In this document: piece after piece, positions 1 to 13,700 of the stretch
Position numbering within the stretch: position 1 is the stretch's first letter
Layout of the letters: each line of letters opens with the position of its first letter
Origin: Eledone cirrhosa
Taxonomy: Eukaryota
Length of the DNA: 64,000 bases
Assembly (NCBI GenBank): GCA_964016885.1
Contig: OZ024741.1
Location: 406,348,001-406,412,000, forward strand
Direction of reading: 5' to 3'
Notes under the pieces: model-generated
Told to the model about the DNA's origin: nothing
The model's database searches: none
Seen by the model: only the letters and a program-made list of their open reading frames with translations
Made by a program: the position numbers and the translations under genes

Positions 1-149
1 CAATGGCATGTAAGGAGGATTGAGTTACTGTGAACTTAAAGACAGAGGTTGGTGGACAATGACATGTAAGGAGGATTGAGTTACTGTGAACTTAAAGACA
101 GAGGTTGGTGGACAATGGCATGTAAGGAGGATTGAGTTACTGTGAACTT

Positions 150-1790
150 AAAGACAGAGGTTGGTGGACAATGACATGTAAGGGGGATTGAGTTACTGTG
201 AACTTAAAGACAGAGGTTGGTGGACAATGACATGTAAGGAGGATTGAGTTACTGTGAACTTAAAGAGAGAGGTTGGTGGACAATGGCATGTAAGGAGGAT
301 TGAGTTACTGTGAACTTAAAGACAGAGGTTGGTGGACAATGACATGTAAGGAGGATTGAGTTACTGTGAACTTAAAGACAGAGGTTGGTGGACAATGGCA
401 TGTAAGGAGGATTGAGTTACTGTCAACTTAAAGACAGAGGTTGGTGGACAATGGCATGTAAGGAGGATTGAGTTACTGTGAACTTAAAGACAGAGGTTGG
501 TGGACAATGGCATGTAAGGGGGATTGAGTTACTGTGAACTTAAAGACAGAGTTTGGTGGACAATGGCATGTAAAGAGGATTGAGTTACTGTGAAATTAAA
601 GACAGAGGTTGGTGGACAATGGCATGTAAGGGGGATTGAGTTACTGTGAACTTAAAGACAGAGGTTGGTGGACAATGGCATGTAAGGAGGATTGAGTTAC
701 TGTGAACTTAAAGACAGAGGTTGGTGGACAATGGCATGTAAGGAGGATTGAGTTACTGTGAACTTAAAGACAGAGGTTGGTGGACAATGACATGTAAGGG
801 GGATTGAGTTACTGTGAACTTAAAGACAGAGGTTGGTGGACAATGACATGTAAGGAGGATTGAGTTACTGTGAACTTAAAGACAGAGGTTGGTGGACAAT
901 GACATGTAAGGAGGGTTGAGTTACTGTGAACTTAAAGACAGAGGTTGGTGGACAATGGCATGTAAGGAGGATTGAGTTACTGTGAACTTAAAGACAGAGG
1001 TTGGTGGACAATGGCATGTAAGGAGGATTGAGTTACTGTGAACTTAAAGACAGAGGTTGGTGGACAATGACATGTAAGGAGGATTGAGTTACTGTGAACT
1101 TAAAGACAGAGGTTGGTGGACAATGGCATGTAAGGAGGATTGAGTTACTGTGAACTTAAAGACAGAGGTTGGTGGACAATGACATGTAAGGGGGATTGAG
1201 TTACTGTGAACTTAAAGACAGAGGTTGGTGGACAATGACATGTAAGGAGGATTGAGTTACTGTGAACTTAATGAGAGAGGTTGGTGGACAATGGCATGTA
1301 AGGAGGATTGAGTTACTGTGAACTTAAAGACAGAGGTTGGTGGACAATGACATGTAAGGAGGATTGAGTTACTGTGAACTTAAAGACAGAGGTTGGTGGA
1401 CAATGGCATGTAAGGAGAATTGAGTTACTGTCAACTTAAAGACAGAGGTTGGTGGACAATGGCATGTAAGGAGGATTGAGTTACTGTGAACTTAAAGACA
1501 GAGGTTGGTGGACAATGGCATGTAAGGGGGATTGAGTTACTGTGAACTTAAAGACAGAGTTTGGTGGACAATGGCATGTAAGGAGGATTGAGTTACTGTG
1601 AAATTAAAGACAGAGGTTGGTGGACAATGGCATGTAAGGGGGATTGAGTTACTGTGAACTTAAAGACAGAGGTTGGTGGACAATGGCATGTAAGGAGGAT
1701 TGAGTTACTGTGAACTTAAAGACAGAGGTTGGTGGACAATGGCATGTAAGGAGGATTGAGTTACTGTGAACTTAAAGACAGAGGTTGGTG
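150..1790 (+). repeat. Higher-order duplication, 18-monomer period (1008 bp)
   Basis: The ordered variant series GAGAGA / TGTCAAC / GAGTTTGG / GAAATT occurs twice. TGTCAAC is at 421 and 1429 (offset 1008 = 18x56). Confidence 0.8.
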
Positions 1791-1949
1791 GACAATGGCA
1801 TATAAGGGGGATTGGGTTACTGTGAACTTAAAGACAGAGGTTGGTGGACAATGGCATGTAAGGAGGATTGAGTTACTGTGAATTTCAAGACAGAGGTTGG
1901 GTGGACAATGACATGTAAGGAGGATTGAGTTACTGAGAACTTAAAGACA

Positions 1950-3590
1950 GAGGTTGGTGGACAATGGCATGTAAGGAGGATTGAGTTACTGTGAACTTAA
2001 AGACAGAGATGGTGGACAATGGCATGTAAGGAGGATTGAGTTACTGAGAACTTAAAGACAGAGGTTGGTGGACAATGACATGTAAGGAGGATTGAGTTAC
2101 TGTGAACTTAAAGACAGAGGTTGGTGGACATTGACATGTAAGGAGGATTAAGTTACTGTGAACTTAAAGACAGAGGTTGGTGGACAATGACATGTAAGGA
2201 GGATTGAGTTACTGAGAACTTAAAGACAGAGGTTGGTGGACAATGGCATGTAAGGAGGATTGATTTACTGAGAACTTAAAGACAGAGGTTGGTGGAAAAT
2301 GGCATGTAAGGGGGATTGAGTTACTGTGAACTTAAAGACAGAGGTTGGTGGACAATGGCATGTAAGGGTGATTGAGTTACTGTGAACTAAATACAGAGTT
2401 TGGTGGACAATGGCATGTAAGGAGGATTGAGTTACTGTGAACTTAAAGACAGAGGTTGGTGGACAATGGGAGGTAAGGGGGATTGAATTACTGAGAACTT
2501 AAAGACAGAGGTTGGTGGACAATGGCATGTAAGGGGGATTGAGTTACTGTGACCTTAAAGACAGCGGTTGATGGAGAATGGCATGTAAGGGGGATTGAGT
2601 TACTGTGAACGTAAATACAGAGGTTGGTGGACAATGATATGTAAGGAGGATTGAGTTACTGTGAACTTAAAGACAGGGGTTGGTGGACAATGGCATGTAA
2701 GGAGGATTGAGTTACTGTGAACTTAAAGACAGAGGTTGGTGGACAATGACATGTAAGGAGGATTGAGATACTGAGAACTTAAAGACAGAGGTTGGTGGAC
2801 AATGGCATGTAAGGGGGATTGAGTTACTGTGAACTTAAATACAGAGGATGGTGGAAAGTGGCATGTAAGGAGGATTGAGTTACTGAGAACTTAAAGACAG
2901 AGGTTGGTGGACAATGACATGTAATGAGGATTGAGTTACTGTGAACTTAAAGACAGGTTGGTGGACAATGGCATGTAAGGAGGATTGAGTTACTGTGAAC
3001 TTAAAGACAGAGGTTGGTGGACAATGGCATGTAAGGAGGATTGAGTTACTGTGAACTTAAAGACAGAGGTTGGTGGACAATGGCATGTAAGGAGGATTGA
3101 GTTACTGTGAACTTAAAGACAGAGGTTGGTGGACAATGGCATGTAAGGAGGATTGAGTTACTGTGAACTTAAAGACAGAGATGGTGGACAATGGCATGTA
3201 AGGAGGATTGAGTTACTGAGAACTTAAAGACAGAGGTTGGTGGACAATGACATGTAAGGAGGATTGAGTTACTGTGAACTTAAAGACAGAGGTTGGTGGA
3301 CAATGACATGTAAGGAGGATTAAGTTACTGTGAACTTAAAGACAGAGGTTGGTGGACAATGACATGTAAGGAGGATTGAGTTACTGAGAACTTAAAGACA
3401 GAGGTTGGTGGACAATGGCATGTAAGGAGGATTGATTTACTGAGAACTTAAAGACAGAGGTTGGTGGAAAATGGCATGTAAGGGGGATTGAGTTACTGTG
3501 AACTTAAAGACAGAGGTTGGTGGACAATGGCATGTTAGGGTGATTGAGTTACTGTGAACTAAATACAGAGTTTGGTGGACAATGGCATAT
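1950..3590 (+). repeat. Higher-order duplication, ~21-monomer period (1172 bp)
   Basis: The deletion variant AGACAGAGATGG is at 2001 and 3173. Both are followed in the same order by GATTAAG, TGATTTACTGAG, GGAAAAT, GGGTGATT and AACTAAATAC. Offset 1172 = 21x56-4. Confidence 0.85.
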
Positions 3591-6500
3591 ACGGAGGATT
3601 GAGTTACTGAGAACTTAAAGACAGAGGTTGGTGGACAGTGGCATGTAAGGAGGATTGAGTTACTGTGAACTTAAAGACACAGGTTGGTGGACAATGGCAT
3701 GTAAGGAGGATTGAGTTACTGTGAACTTAAAGACAGAGGTTGTTGGACAATGGCATGTAAGGAGGATTGAGTTACTGTGAACTTAAAGACAGTGGTTGGT
3801 GGACAATGGCATGTAAGGAGGATTGAGTTACTGTGAACTTAAAGACAGAGGTTTGTGGACAATTACATGTAAGGAGGATTGAGTTACTGTGACCTTAAAG
3901 ACAGAGGTTGATGGAGAATGGCATGTAAGGGGGATTGAGTTACTGTGAACATAAATACAGAGGTTGGTGGACAATGATATGTAAGGAGGATTGAGTTACT
4001 GTGAACTTAAAGACAGGGGTTGGTGGACAATGGCATGTAAGGAGGATTGAGTTACTGTGAACTTAAAGACAGAGGTTTGTGGACAATGACATGTAAGGAG
4101 GATTGAGTTACTGAGAACTTAAAGACAGAGGTTGGTGGACAATGGCATGTAAGGAGGATTGAGTTACTGTGAACTTAAAGACAGAGGTTGGTGGACAATG
4201 GCATGTAAGGAGGATTGAGTTACTGTGAACTTAAAGACAGAGTTTGGTGGACAATGGCATGTAAGGAGGATTGAGTTACTGTGAAATTAAAGACAGAGGT
4301 TGGTGGACAATGGCATGTAAGGGGGATTGAGTTACTGTGAAATTAAAGACAGAGGTTGGTGGACAATGGCATGTAAGGAGGATTGAGTTACTGTGAACTT
4401 AAAGACAGAGGTTGGTGGACAATGGCATGTAAGGAGGATTGAGTTACTGTGAACTTAAAGACAGAGGTTGGTGGACAATGGCATGTAAGGGGGATTGAAT
4501 TACTGTGAACTTAAAGACAGAGGTTGATGGACAATGGCATGTAAGGGGGATTGAGTTACTGTGAACATAAATACAGAGGTTGGTGGACAATGATATGTAA
4601 GGAGGATTGAGTTACTGTGAACTTAAAGACAGAGGTTGGTGGACAATGGCATGTAAGGAGGATTGAGTTACTGTGAACTTAAAGACAGAGGTTGGTGGAC
4701 AATGGCATGTAAGGAGGATTGAGTTACTGTGAACTTAAAGACAGAGGTTGGTGGACAATGGCATGTAAGGAGGATTGAGTTACTGTGAACTTAAAGACAG
4801 AGGTTGGTGGACAATGGCATGTAAGGAGGATTGAGTTACTGTGAACTTAAAGACAGAGGTTGGTGGACAATGGCATGTAAGGAGGATTGTGTTACTGTGA
4901 ACTTAAAGACAGAGGTTGGTGGACAATGACATGTAAGGAGGATTGAGTTACTGTGAACTTAAAGACAGAGGTTGGTGGACAATGACATTTAAGGAGGATT
5001 GAGTTACTGTGAACTTAAAGACAGAGGTTGGTGGACAATGGCATGTAAGGAGGATTGAGTTACTGTGAACTTAAAGACAGAGGTTGGTGGACAATGATAT
5101 GTAAGGAGGATTGAGTTACTGTGAACATAAATACAGAGGTTGGTGGACAATGATATGTAAGGAGGATTGAGTTACTGTGAAATTAAAGACAGAGGTTGGT
5201 GGACAATGATATGTAAGGAGGATTGAGTTACTGTGAACATAAATACAGAGGTTGGGGGACAATGGCTTGTAAGGAGGATTGAGTTATTGAGAACTTAAAG
5301 ACAGAGGTTGGTGGACAATGGCATGTAAGGAGGATTGAGTTACTGTGAACTTAAAGACAGAGGTTGGTGGACAATGGCATGTAAGGAGGATTGAGTTACT
5401 GTGAACTTAAAGACAGAGGTTGGTGGACAATGGCATGTAAGGAGGATTCAGTTACTGTGAACTTAAAGACAGAGGTTGGTGGACAATGGCATGTAAGGAG
5501 GATTGAGTTACTGTGAACTTAAAGACAGAGGTTGGTGGACAATGACATGTAAGGAGGATTGAGTTACTGTGAACTTAAAGACAGAGGTTGGTGGACAATG
5601 ACATTTAAGGAGGATTGAGTTACTGTGAACTTAAAGACAGAGGTTGGTGGACAATGGCATGTAAGGAGGATTGAGTTACTGTGAACTTAAAGACAGAGGT
5701 TGGTGGACAATGATATGTAAGGAGGATTGAGTTACTGTGAACATAAATACAGAGGTTGGTGGACAATGATATGTAAGGAGGATTGAGTTACTGTGAAATT
5801 AAAGACAGAGGTTGGTGGACAATGGCATGTAAGGGGGATTGAGTTACTGTGAACTTAAAGACAGAGGTTGGTGGACAATGGCATGTAAGGAGGATTGAGT
5901 CACTGTGAACTTAAAGACAGAGGTTGGTGGACAATGGCATGTAAGGGGGATTGAGTTACTGTTAACTTAAAGACAGAGGTTGGTGGACAATGATATGTAA
6001 GGAGGATTGAGTTACTGTGAACATAACTACAGAGGTTGGTGGACAATGATATGTAAGGAGGATTGAGTTACTGTGAACATAAATACAGAGGTTGGTGGAC
6101 AATGATATGTAAGGAGGATTGAGTTACTGTGAACTTAAAGACAGAGGTTGGTGGACAATGGCATGTAAGGAGGATTGAGTTACTGTGAAATTAACGACAG
6201 AGGTTGGTGGACAATGGCATGTAAGGAGGATTGAGTTACTGTGAACATAAATACAGAGGTTGGTGGACAATGGCATGTAAGGGGGATTGAGTTACTGTGA
6301 ACTTAAAGACAGAGGTTGGTGGACAATTGCATGTAAGGGGGATTGAGTTACTGTGAACATAAAGACAGAGGTTGGTGGACAATGGCATGTAAGGGGGATT
6401 GAGTTACTGTGAACTAAATACAGAGTTTGGTGGATAATGGTATGTAAGGGGGATTGAGTTACTGTGAACTTAAAGACAGAGGTTGGTGGACAATGGCATG

Positions 6501-9500
6501 TAAGGGTGATTGAGTTACTGTGAACTAAATACAGAGTTTGGTGGACAATGGCATATAAAGGAGGATTGAGTTACTGTGAACTTAAAGACAGAGGTTGGTG
6601 GACAGTGGCATGTAAGGAGGATTGAGTAACTGTGATCTTAAAGACAGAGGTTGGTGGACAATGGCAGGTAAGGGGGATTGAATTACTGAGAACTTAAAGA
6701 CAGAGGTTGGTGGACAATGGCATGTAAGGAGGATTGAGTTACTGTGAACTTAAAGACAGAGGTTGATGGAGAATGGCATGTAAGGGGGATTGAGTTACTG
6801 TGAACATAAATACAGAGGTTGGTGGACAATGATATGTAAGGAGGATTGAGTTACTGTGAACTTAAAGACAGGGGTTGGTGCACAATGGCATGTAAGGAGG
6901 ATTGAGTTACTGTGAACTTAAAGACAGAGGTTGGTGGACAATGACTTGTAATGAGGATTGAGTTACTGTGAACTTAAAGACAGAGGTTGGTGGACAATGG
7001 CATGTAAGGAGGATTGAGTTACTGTGAACTTAAAGACAGTGGTTGGTGGACAATGGCATGTAAGGAGGATTGAGTTACTGTGAACGTAAAGACAGAGGTT
7101 TGTGGACAATGACAAGTAAGGAGGATTGAGTTACTGTGAACTTAAAGACAGAGGTTGGTGGACAATGGCATGTAAGGGGGATTAAGTTACTGTGAACTTA
7201 AAGACAGAGTTTGGTGGACAATGGCATGTAAGGAGGATTGAGTTACTGTGAAATTAAAGACAGGGGTTGGTGGACAATGGCATGTAAGGGGGATTGAGTT
7301 ACTGTGAACTTAAAGACAAAGGTTGGTGGACAATGGCATGTAAGGAGGATTGAGTTACTGTGAACTTAAAGACAGAGGTTGGTGGACAATGGCATGTAAG
7401 GGGGATTGAATTACTGTGAAGTTAAAGACAGAGGTTGATGGACAATGGCATGTAAGGGGGATTGAGTTACTGTGAACATAAATACAGAGGTTGGTGGACA
7501 ATGATATGTAAGGAGGATTGAGTTACTGTGAACTTAAAGACAGAGGTTGGTGGACAATGGCATGTAAGGAGGATTGAGTTACTGTGAACTTAAAGACAGA
7601 GGTTGGTGGACAATGGCATGTAAGGAGGATTGAGTTACTGTGACTTTAAAGACAGAGGTTGGTGGACAATGGCATGTAAGGAGGATTGAGTTACTGTGAA
7701 CTTAAAGACAGAGGTTGGTGGACAATGGCATGTAAGGAGGATTGAGTTACTGTGAACTTAAAGACAGAGGTTGGTGGACAATGACATGTAAGGAAGATTG
7801 AGTTACTGTGAACTTAAAGACAGAGGTTGGTGGACAATGACATTTAAGGAGGATTGAGTTACTGTGAACTTAAAGACAGAGGTTGGTGGACAATGGCATG
7901 TAAGGAGGATTGAGTTACTGTGATCTTAAAGACAGAGGTTGGTGGACAATGATATGTAATGAGGATTGAGTTACTGTGAACATAAATACAGAGGTTGGTG
8001 GACAATGATATGTAAGGAGGATTGAGTTACTCTGAAATTAAAGACAGAGGTTGGTGGACAATGATATGTAAGGAGGATTGAGTTACTGTGAACATAAATA
8101 CAGAGGTTGGTGGACAATGGCATGTAAGGAGGATTGAGTTACTGTGAACTTAAAGACAGAGGTTGGTGGACAATGACATGTAAGGAAGATTGAGTTACTG
8201 TGAACTTAAAGACAGAGGTTGGTGGACAATGACATTTAAGGAGGATTGAGTTACTGTGAACTTAAAGACAGAGGTTGGTGGACAATGGCATGTAAGGAGG
8301 ATTGAGTTACTGTGAACATAAATACAGAGGTTGGTGGACAATGGCATGTAAGGAGGATTGAGTTACTGTGAACTTAAAGACAGAGGTTGGTGGACAATGA
8401 TATGTAAGGAGGATTGAGTTACTGTGAAATTAAAGACAGAGGTTGGTGGACAATGATATGTAAGGAGGATTGAGTTACTGTGAACATAAATACAGAGGTT
8501 GGTGGACAATGGCATGTAAGGAGGATTGAGTCACTGTGAACTTAAAGGCAGAGGTTGGTGGACAATGGCATGTAATGAGGATTGAGTTACTGTGAACATA
8601 AATACAGAGGTTGGTGGACAATGATATGTAAGGAGGATTGAGTTACTGTGAACTTAAAAACAGAGGTTGGTGGACAATGGCATGTAAGGAGGATTGAGTC
8701 ACTGTGAACTTAAAGACAGAGGTTGGTGGACAATGGCATGTAACGGGGATTGAGTTACTGTTAACTTAAAGACAGAGGTTGGTGGACAATGATATGTAAG
8801 GAGGAGTGAGTTACTGTGAACATAAATACAGAGGTTGGTGGACAATGATATGTAAGGAGGATTGAGTTACTGTGAAATTAAAGACAGAGGTTGGTGGACA
8901 ATGATATGTAAGGAGGATTGAGTTACTGTGAACATAAATACAGAGGTTGGTGGACAATGGCATGTAAGGAGGATTGAGTCACTGTGAACTTAAAGACAGA
9001 GGTTGGTGGACAATGGCATGTAAGGGGGATTGAGTTACTGTCAACTAAATACAGGGTTTGGTGGACAATGGTATGTAAGGGGGATTGAGTTAATGTGAAC
9101 TTAAAGACAGAGGTTGGTGGACAATGGCATGTAAGGAGGATTGAGTCACTGTGAACTTAAAGACAGAGGTTGGTGGACAATGATATGTAAGGAGGATTGA
9201 GTTACTGTGAAATTAAAGACAGAGGTTGGTGGACAATGATATGTAAGGAGGATTGAGTTACTGTGAACATAACTACAGAGGTTGGTGGACAATGATATGT
9301 AAGGAGGATTGAGTTACTGTGAACATAAATACAGAGGTTGGTGGACAATGGCATGTAAGGAGGATTGAGTTACTGTGAACTTAGACAGAGATTGGTGGAG
9401 AATGATATGTAAGGAGGATTGAGGTACTGTGAACATAAATACAGAGGTTGGTGGACAATGCTATGTAAGGATGAGTGAGTTACTGTGAACTTAAAGACAG

Positions 9501-10749
9501 AGGTTGGTGGACAATGATATGTAAGCAGGATTGAGTTACTGTGAACTAAATAAAGAGTTTGGTGGACAATGGTATGTAAGGGGGATTGAGTTACTGTGAA
9601 CTTAAAGACAGAGGTTGGTGGACAATTGCATGAAGGGGGATTGAGTTACTGTGAACATAAAGACAGAGGTTGGTGGACAATGGCATGTAAGGAGGATTGA
9701 GTTACTGTGAACTAAATACAGAGTTTGGTGGATAATGGTATGTAAGGGGGATTGAGTTACTGTGAACTTAAAGACAGAGGTTGGTGGACAATGGCATGTA
9801 AGGAGGATTGAGTCACTGTGAACTTAAAGACAGAGGTTGGTGGACATGGCATGTAAGGGGGATTGAGTTACTGTTAACTTAAAGACAGAGGTTGGTGGAC
9901 AATGGCATGTAAGTGGGATTGAGTTACTGTGAACTTAAAGACAGAGGTTGGTGGACAATGGCATGTAAGGAGAATTGAGTTACTGTGAACTAAATACAGA
10001 GTTTGGTGGACAATGGTATGTAAGGGGGATTGAGTTACTGTGAACTTAAAGACAGAGGTTGGTGGACAATGACATGTAAGGAGGATTGAGTTACTGTGAA
10101 CCTAAAGACAGAGGTTGGTGGACAATGGCATGTAAGGAGGATTGAGTTACTGTGAACTTAAAGACAGAGGTTGGTTGACAATGGCATGTAAGGGGGATTG
10201 AATTACTGTGAACTTAAAGACAGAGGTTGATGGACAATGGCATGTAAGGGGATTGAGTTACTGTGAACATAAATACAGAGGTTGGTGGACAATGATATGT
10301 AAGGAGGATTGAGTTACTGTGAACTTAAAGACAGAGGTTGGTGGACAATGGCATGTAAGGAGGATTGAGTTACTGTGAACTTAAAGACAGAGGTTGGTGG
10401 ACAATGGCATGTAAGGAGGATTGAGTTACTGTGAACTTAAAGACAGAGGTTGGTGGACAATGGCATGTAAGGAGGCTTGAGTTACTGTGAACTTAAAGAC
10501 AGAGGTTGGTGGACAATGGCATGTAAGGAGGATTGAGTTACTGTGATCTTAAAGACAGAGGTTGGTGGACAATGATATGTAAGGAGGATTGAGTTACTGT
10601 GAACATAAATACAGAGGTTGGTGGACAATGATATGTAAGGAGGATTGAGTTACTGTGAAATTAAAGACAGAGGTTGGTGGACAATGATATGTAAGGAGGA
10701 TTGAGTTACTGTGAAATTAAAGACAGAGGTTGGTGGACAATGATATGTA

Positions 10750-13700
10750 AGGAAGATTGAGTTACTGTGAACATAAATACAGAGGTTGGTGGACAATGAT
10801 ATGTAAGGAGGATTGAGTTACTGTGAAATTAAAGACAGAGGTTGGTGGACAATGGCATGTAAGGGGGATTGAGTTACTGTGGACTTAAAGACAGAGGTTG
10901 GTGGACAATGGCATGTAAGGAGGATTGAGTCACTGTGAACTTAAAGACAGAGGTTGGTGGACAATGGCATGTAAGGGGGATTGTGTTACTGTTAACTTAA
11001 AGACAGAGGTTGGTGGACAATGATATGTAAGGAGGAGTGAGTTACTGTGAACATAAATACAGAGGTTGGTGAACAATGATATGTAAGGAGGATTGAGTTA
11101 CTGTGAAATTAAAGACAGAGGTTGGTGGACAATGATATGTAAGGAGGATTGAGTTACTGTGAACATAAATACAGAGGTTGGTGGACAATGGCATGTAAGG
11201 AGGATTGAGTCACTGTGAACTTAAAGACAGAGGTTGGTGGACAATGGCATGTAAGGGGGATTGAGTTACTGTCAACTAAATACAGAGTTTGGTGGACAAT
11301 GGTATGTAAGGGGGATTGAGTTACTGTGAACTTAAAGACAGAGGTTGGTGGACAATGGCATGTAAGGAGGATTGAGTCACTGTGAACTTAAAGACAGAGG
11401 TTGGTGGACAATGATATGTAAGGAGGATTGAGTTACTGTGAAATTAAAGACAGAGGTTGGTGGACAATGATATGTAAGGAGGATTGAGTTACTGTGAACA
11501 TAACTACAGAGGCTGGTGGACAATGATATGTAAGGAGGATTGAGTTACTGTGAACATAAACACAGAGGTTGGTGGACAATGATATGTAAGGAGGATTGAG
11601 TTACTGTGAACTTAAAGACAGAGGTTGGTGGACAATGGCATGTAAGGAGGATTGAGTTACTGTGAAATTAAAGACAGAGGTTGGTGGACAATGGCATGTA
11701 AGGAGGATTGAGTTACTGTGAACTTAAAGACAGAGATTGGTGGACAATGATATGTAAGGAGGATTGAGTTACTGTGAACATAAATACAGAGGTTGGTGGA
11801 CAATGCTATGTAAGGATGAGTGAGTTACTGTGAACTTAAAGACAGAGGTTGGTGGACAATGATATGTAAGGAGGATTGAGTTACTGTGAACGAAATACAG
11901 AGTTTGGTGGACAATGGTATGTAAGGGGGATTGAGTTACTGTGAACTTAAAGACAGAGGTTGGTGGACAATTGCATGTAAGGGGGATTGAGTTACTGTGA
12001 ACATAAAGACAGAGGTTGGTGGACAATGGCATGTAAGGGGGATTGAGTTACTGTGAACTAAATACAGAGTTTGGTGGACAATGCTATGTAAGGATGAGTG
12101 AGTTACTGTGAACTTAAAGACAGAGGTTGGTGGACAATGGCATGTAAGTGGGATTGAGTTACTGTGAACTTAAAGACAGAGGTTGGTGGACAATGGCATG
12201 TACGGAGGATTGAGTTACTGTGAACTTAAAGACAGAGGTTGGTGGACAATGATATGTAAGGAGGATTGAGTTACTGTGAACTTAAAGACAGAGGTTGGTG
12301 CACAATGGCATGTAAGGGGGATTGAGTTACTGTTAACTTAAAGACAGAGGTTGGTGGACAATGGCATGTAAGGAGGATTGAGTTATTGTGAACTTAAAGA
12401 CAGAGGTTGGTGGACAATGGCATGTAAGGGGGATTGAGTTACTGTGAACTTAAAGACAGAGGTTGGTGGACAATGGCATGTAAGGAGGATTGAGTTACTG
12501 TGAACTTAAAGACAGAGGTTGGTGGACAATGACATGTAAGGGGGATTGAGTTACTGTGAACTTAAAGACAGAGGTTGGTGGACAATGATATGTAAGGAGG
12601 ATTGAGTTACTGTGAACATAAATACAGAGGTTGGTGGACAATGATATGTAAGGAGGATTGAGTTACTGTGAACTTAAAGACAGAGGTTGGTGGACAATGG
12701 CATGTAAGGAGGATTGAGTTACTGTGAAATTAAAGAGAGAGGTTGGTGGACAATGATATGTAAGGAGGATTGAGTTACTGTGAACATAAATACAGAGGTT
12801 GGTGGACAATGATATGTAAGGAGGATTGAGTTACTGTGAAATTAAAGACAGAGGTTGGTGGACAATGGCATGTAAGGGGGATTGAGTTACTGTGAACTTA
12901 AAGACAGAGGTTGGTGGACAATGGCATGTAGGGAGGATTGAGTCACTGTGAACTTAAAGACAGAGGTTGGTGGACAATGGCATGTAAGGGGGATTGTGTT
13001 ACTGTTAACTTAAAGACAGAGGTTGGTGGACAATGATATGTAAGGAGGAGTGAGTTACTGTGAACATAAATACAGAGGTTGGTGAACAATGATATGTAAG
13101 GAGGATTGAGTTACTGTGAAATTAAAGACAGAGGTTGGTGGACAATGATATGTAAGGAGGATTGAGTTACTGTGAACATAAATACAGAGGTTGGTGGACA
13201 ATGGCATGTAAGGAGGATTGAGTCACTGTGAACTTAAAGACAGAGGTTGGTGGACAATGGCATGTAAGGGGGATTGAGTTACTGTCAACTAAATACAGAG
13301 TTTGGTGGACAATGGTATGTAAGGGGGATTGAGTTACTGTGAACTTAAAGACAGAGGTTGGTGGACAATGGCATGTAAGGAGGATTGAGTCACTGTGAAC
13401 TTAAAGACAGAGGTTGGTGGACAATGATATGTAAGGAGGATTGAGTTACTGTGAAATTAAAGACAGAGGTTGGTGGACAATGATATGTAAGGAGGATTGA
13501 GTTACTGTGAACATAACTACAGAGGTTGGTGGACAATGATATGTAAGGAGGATTGAGTTACTGTGAACATAAATACAGAGGTTGGTGGACAATGATATGT
13601 AAGGAGGATTCAGTTACTGTGAACTTAAAGACAGAGGTTGGTGGACAATGGCATGTAAGGAGGATTGAGTTACTGTGAAATTAAAGACAGAGGTTGGTGG

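Noticed and set aside
23-36. Small inverted repeat AGTT-ACTGTG-AACT as a hairpin or terminator
   Set aside because: The stem is only 4 bp and AT-rich with no U-tract, which is expected by chance.
5901-5907. V(D)J RSS heptamer (CACTGTG, reverse complement of CACAGTG) in the TGAGTCACTGTG variant
   Set aside because: There is no ACAAAAACC-like nonamer at 12- or 23-bp spacing and no gene segments.
11769-12032. 87-aa minus-strand ORF MPLSTNLCLYVHSNS...
   Set aside because: It is a translation of ~4.7 satellite monomers in which AACATAAA and 55-bp variants happen to remove the TAA stop. It has no recognisable domain and an internally repetitive peptide.
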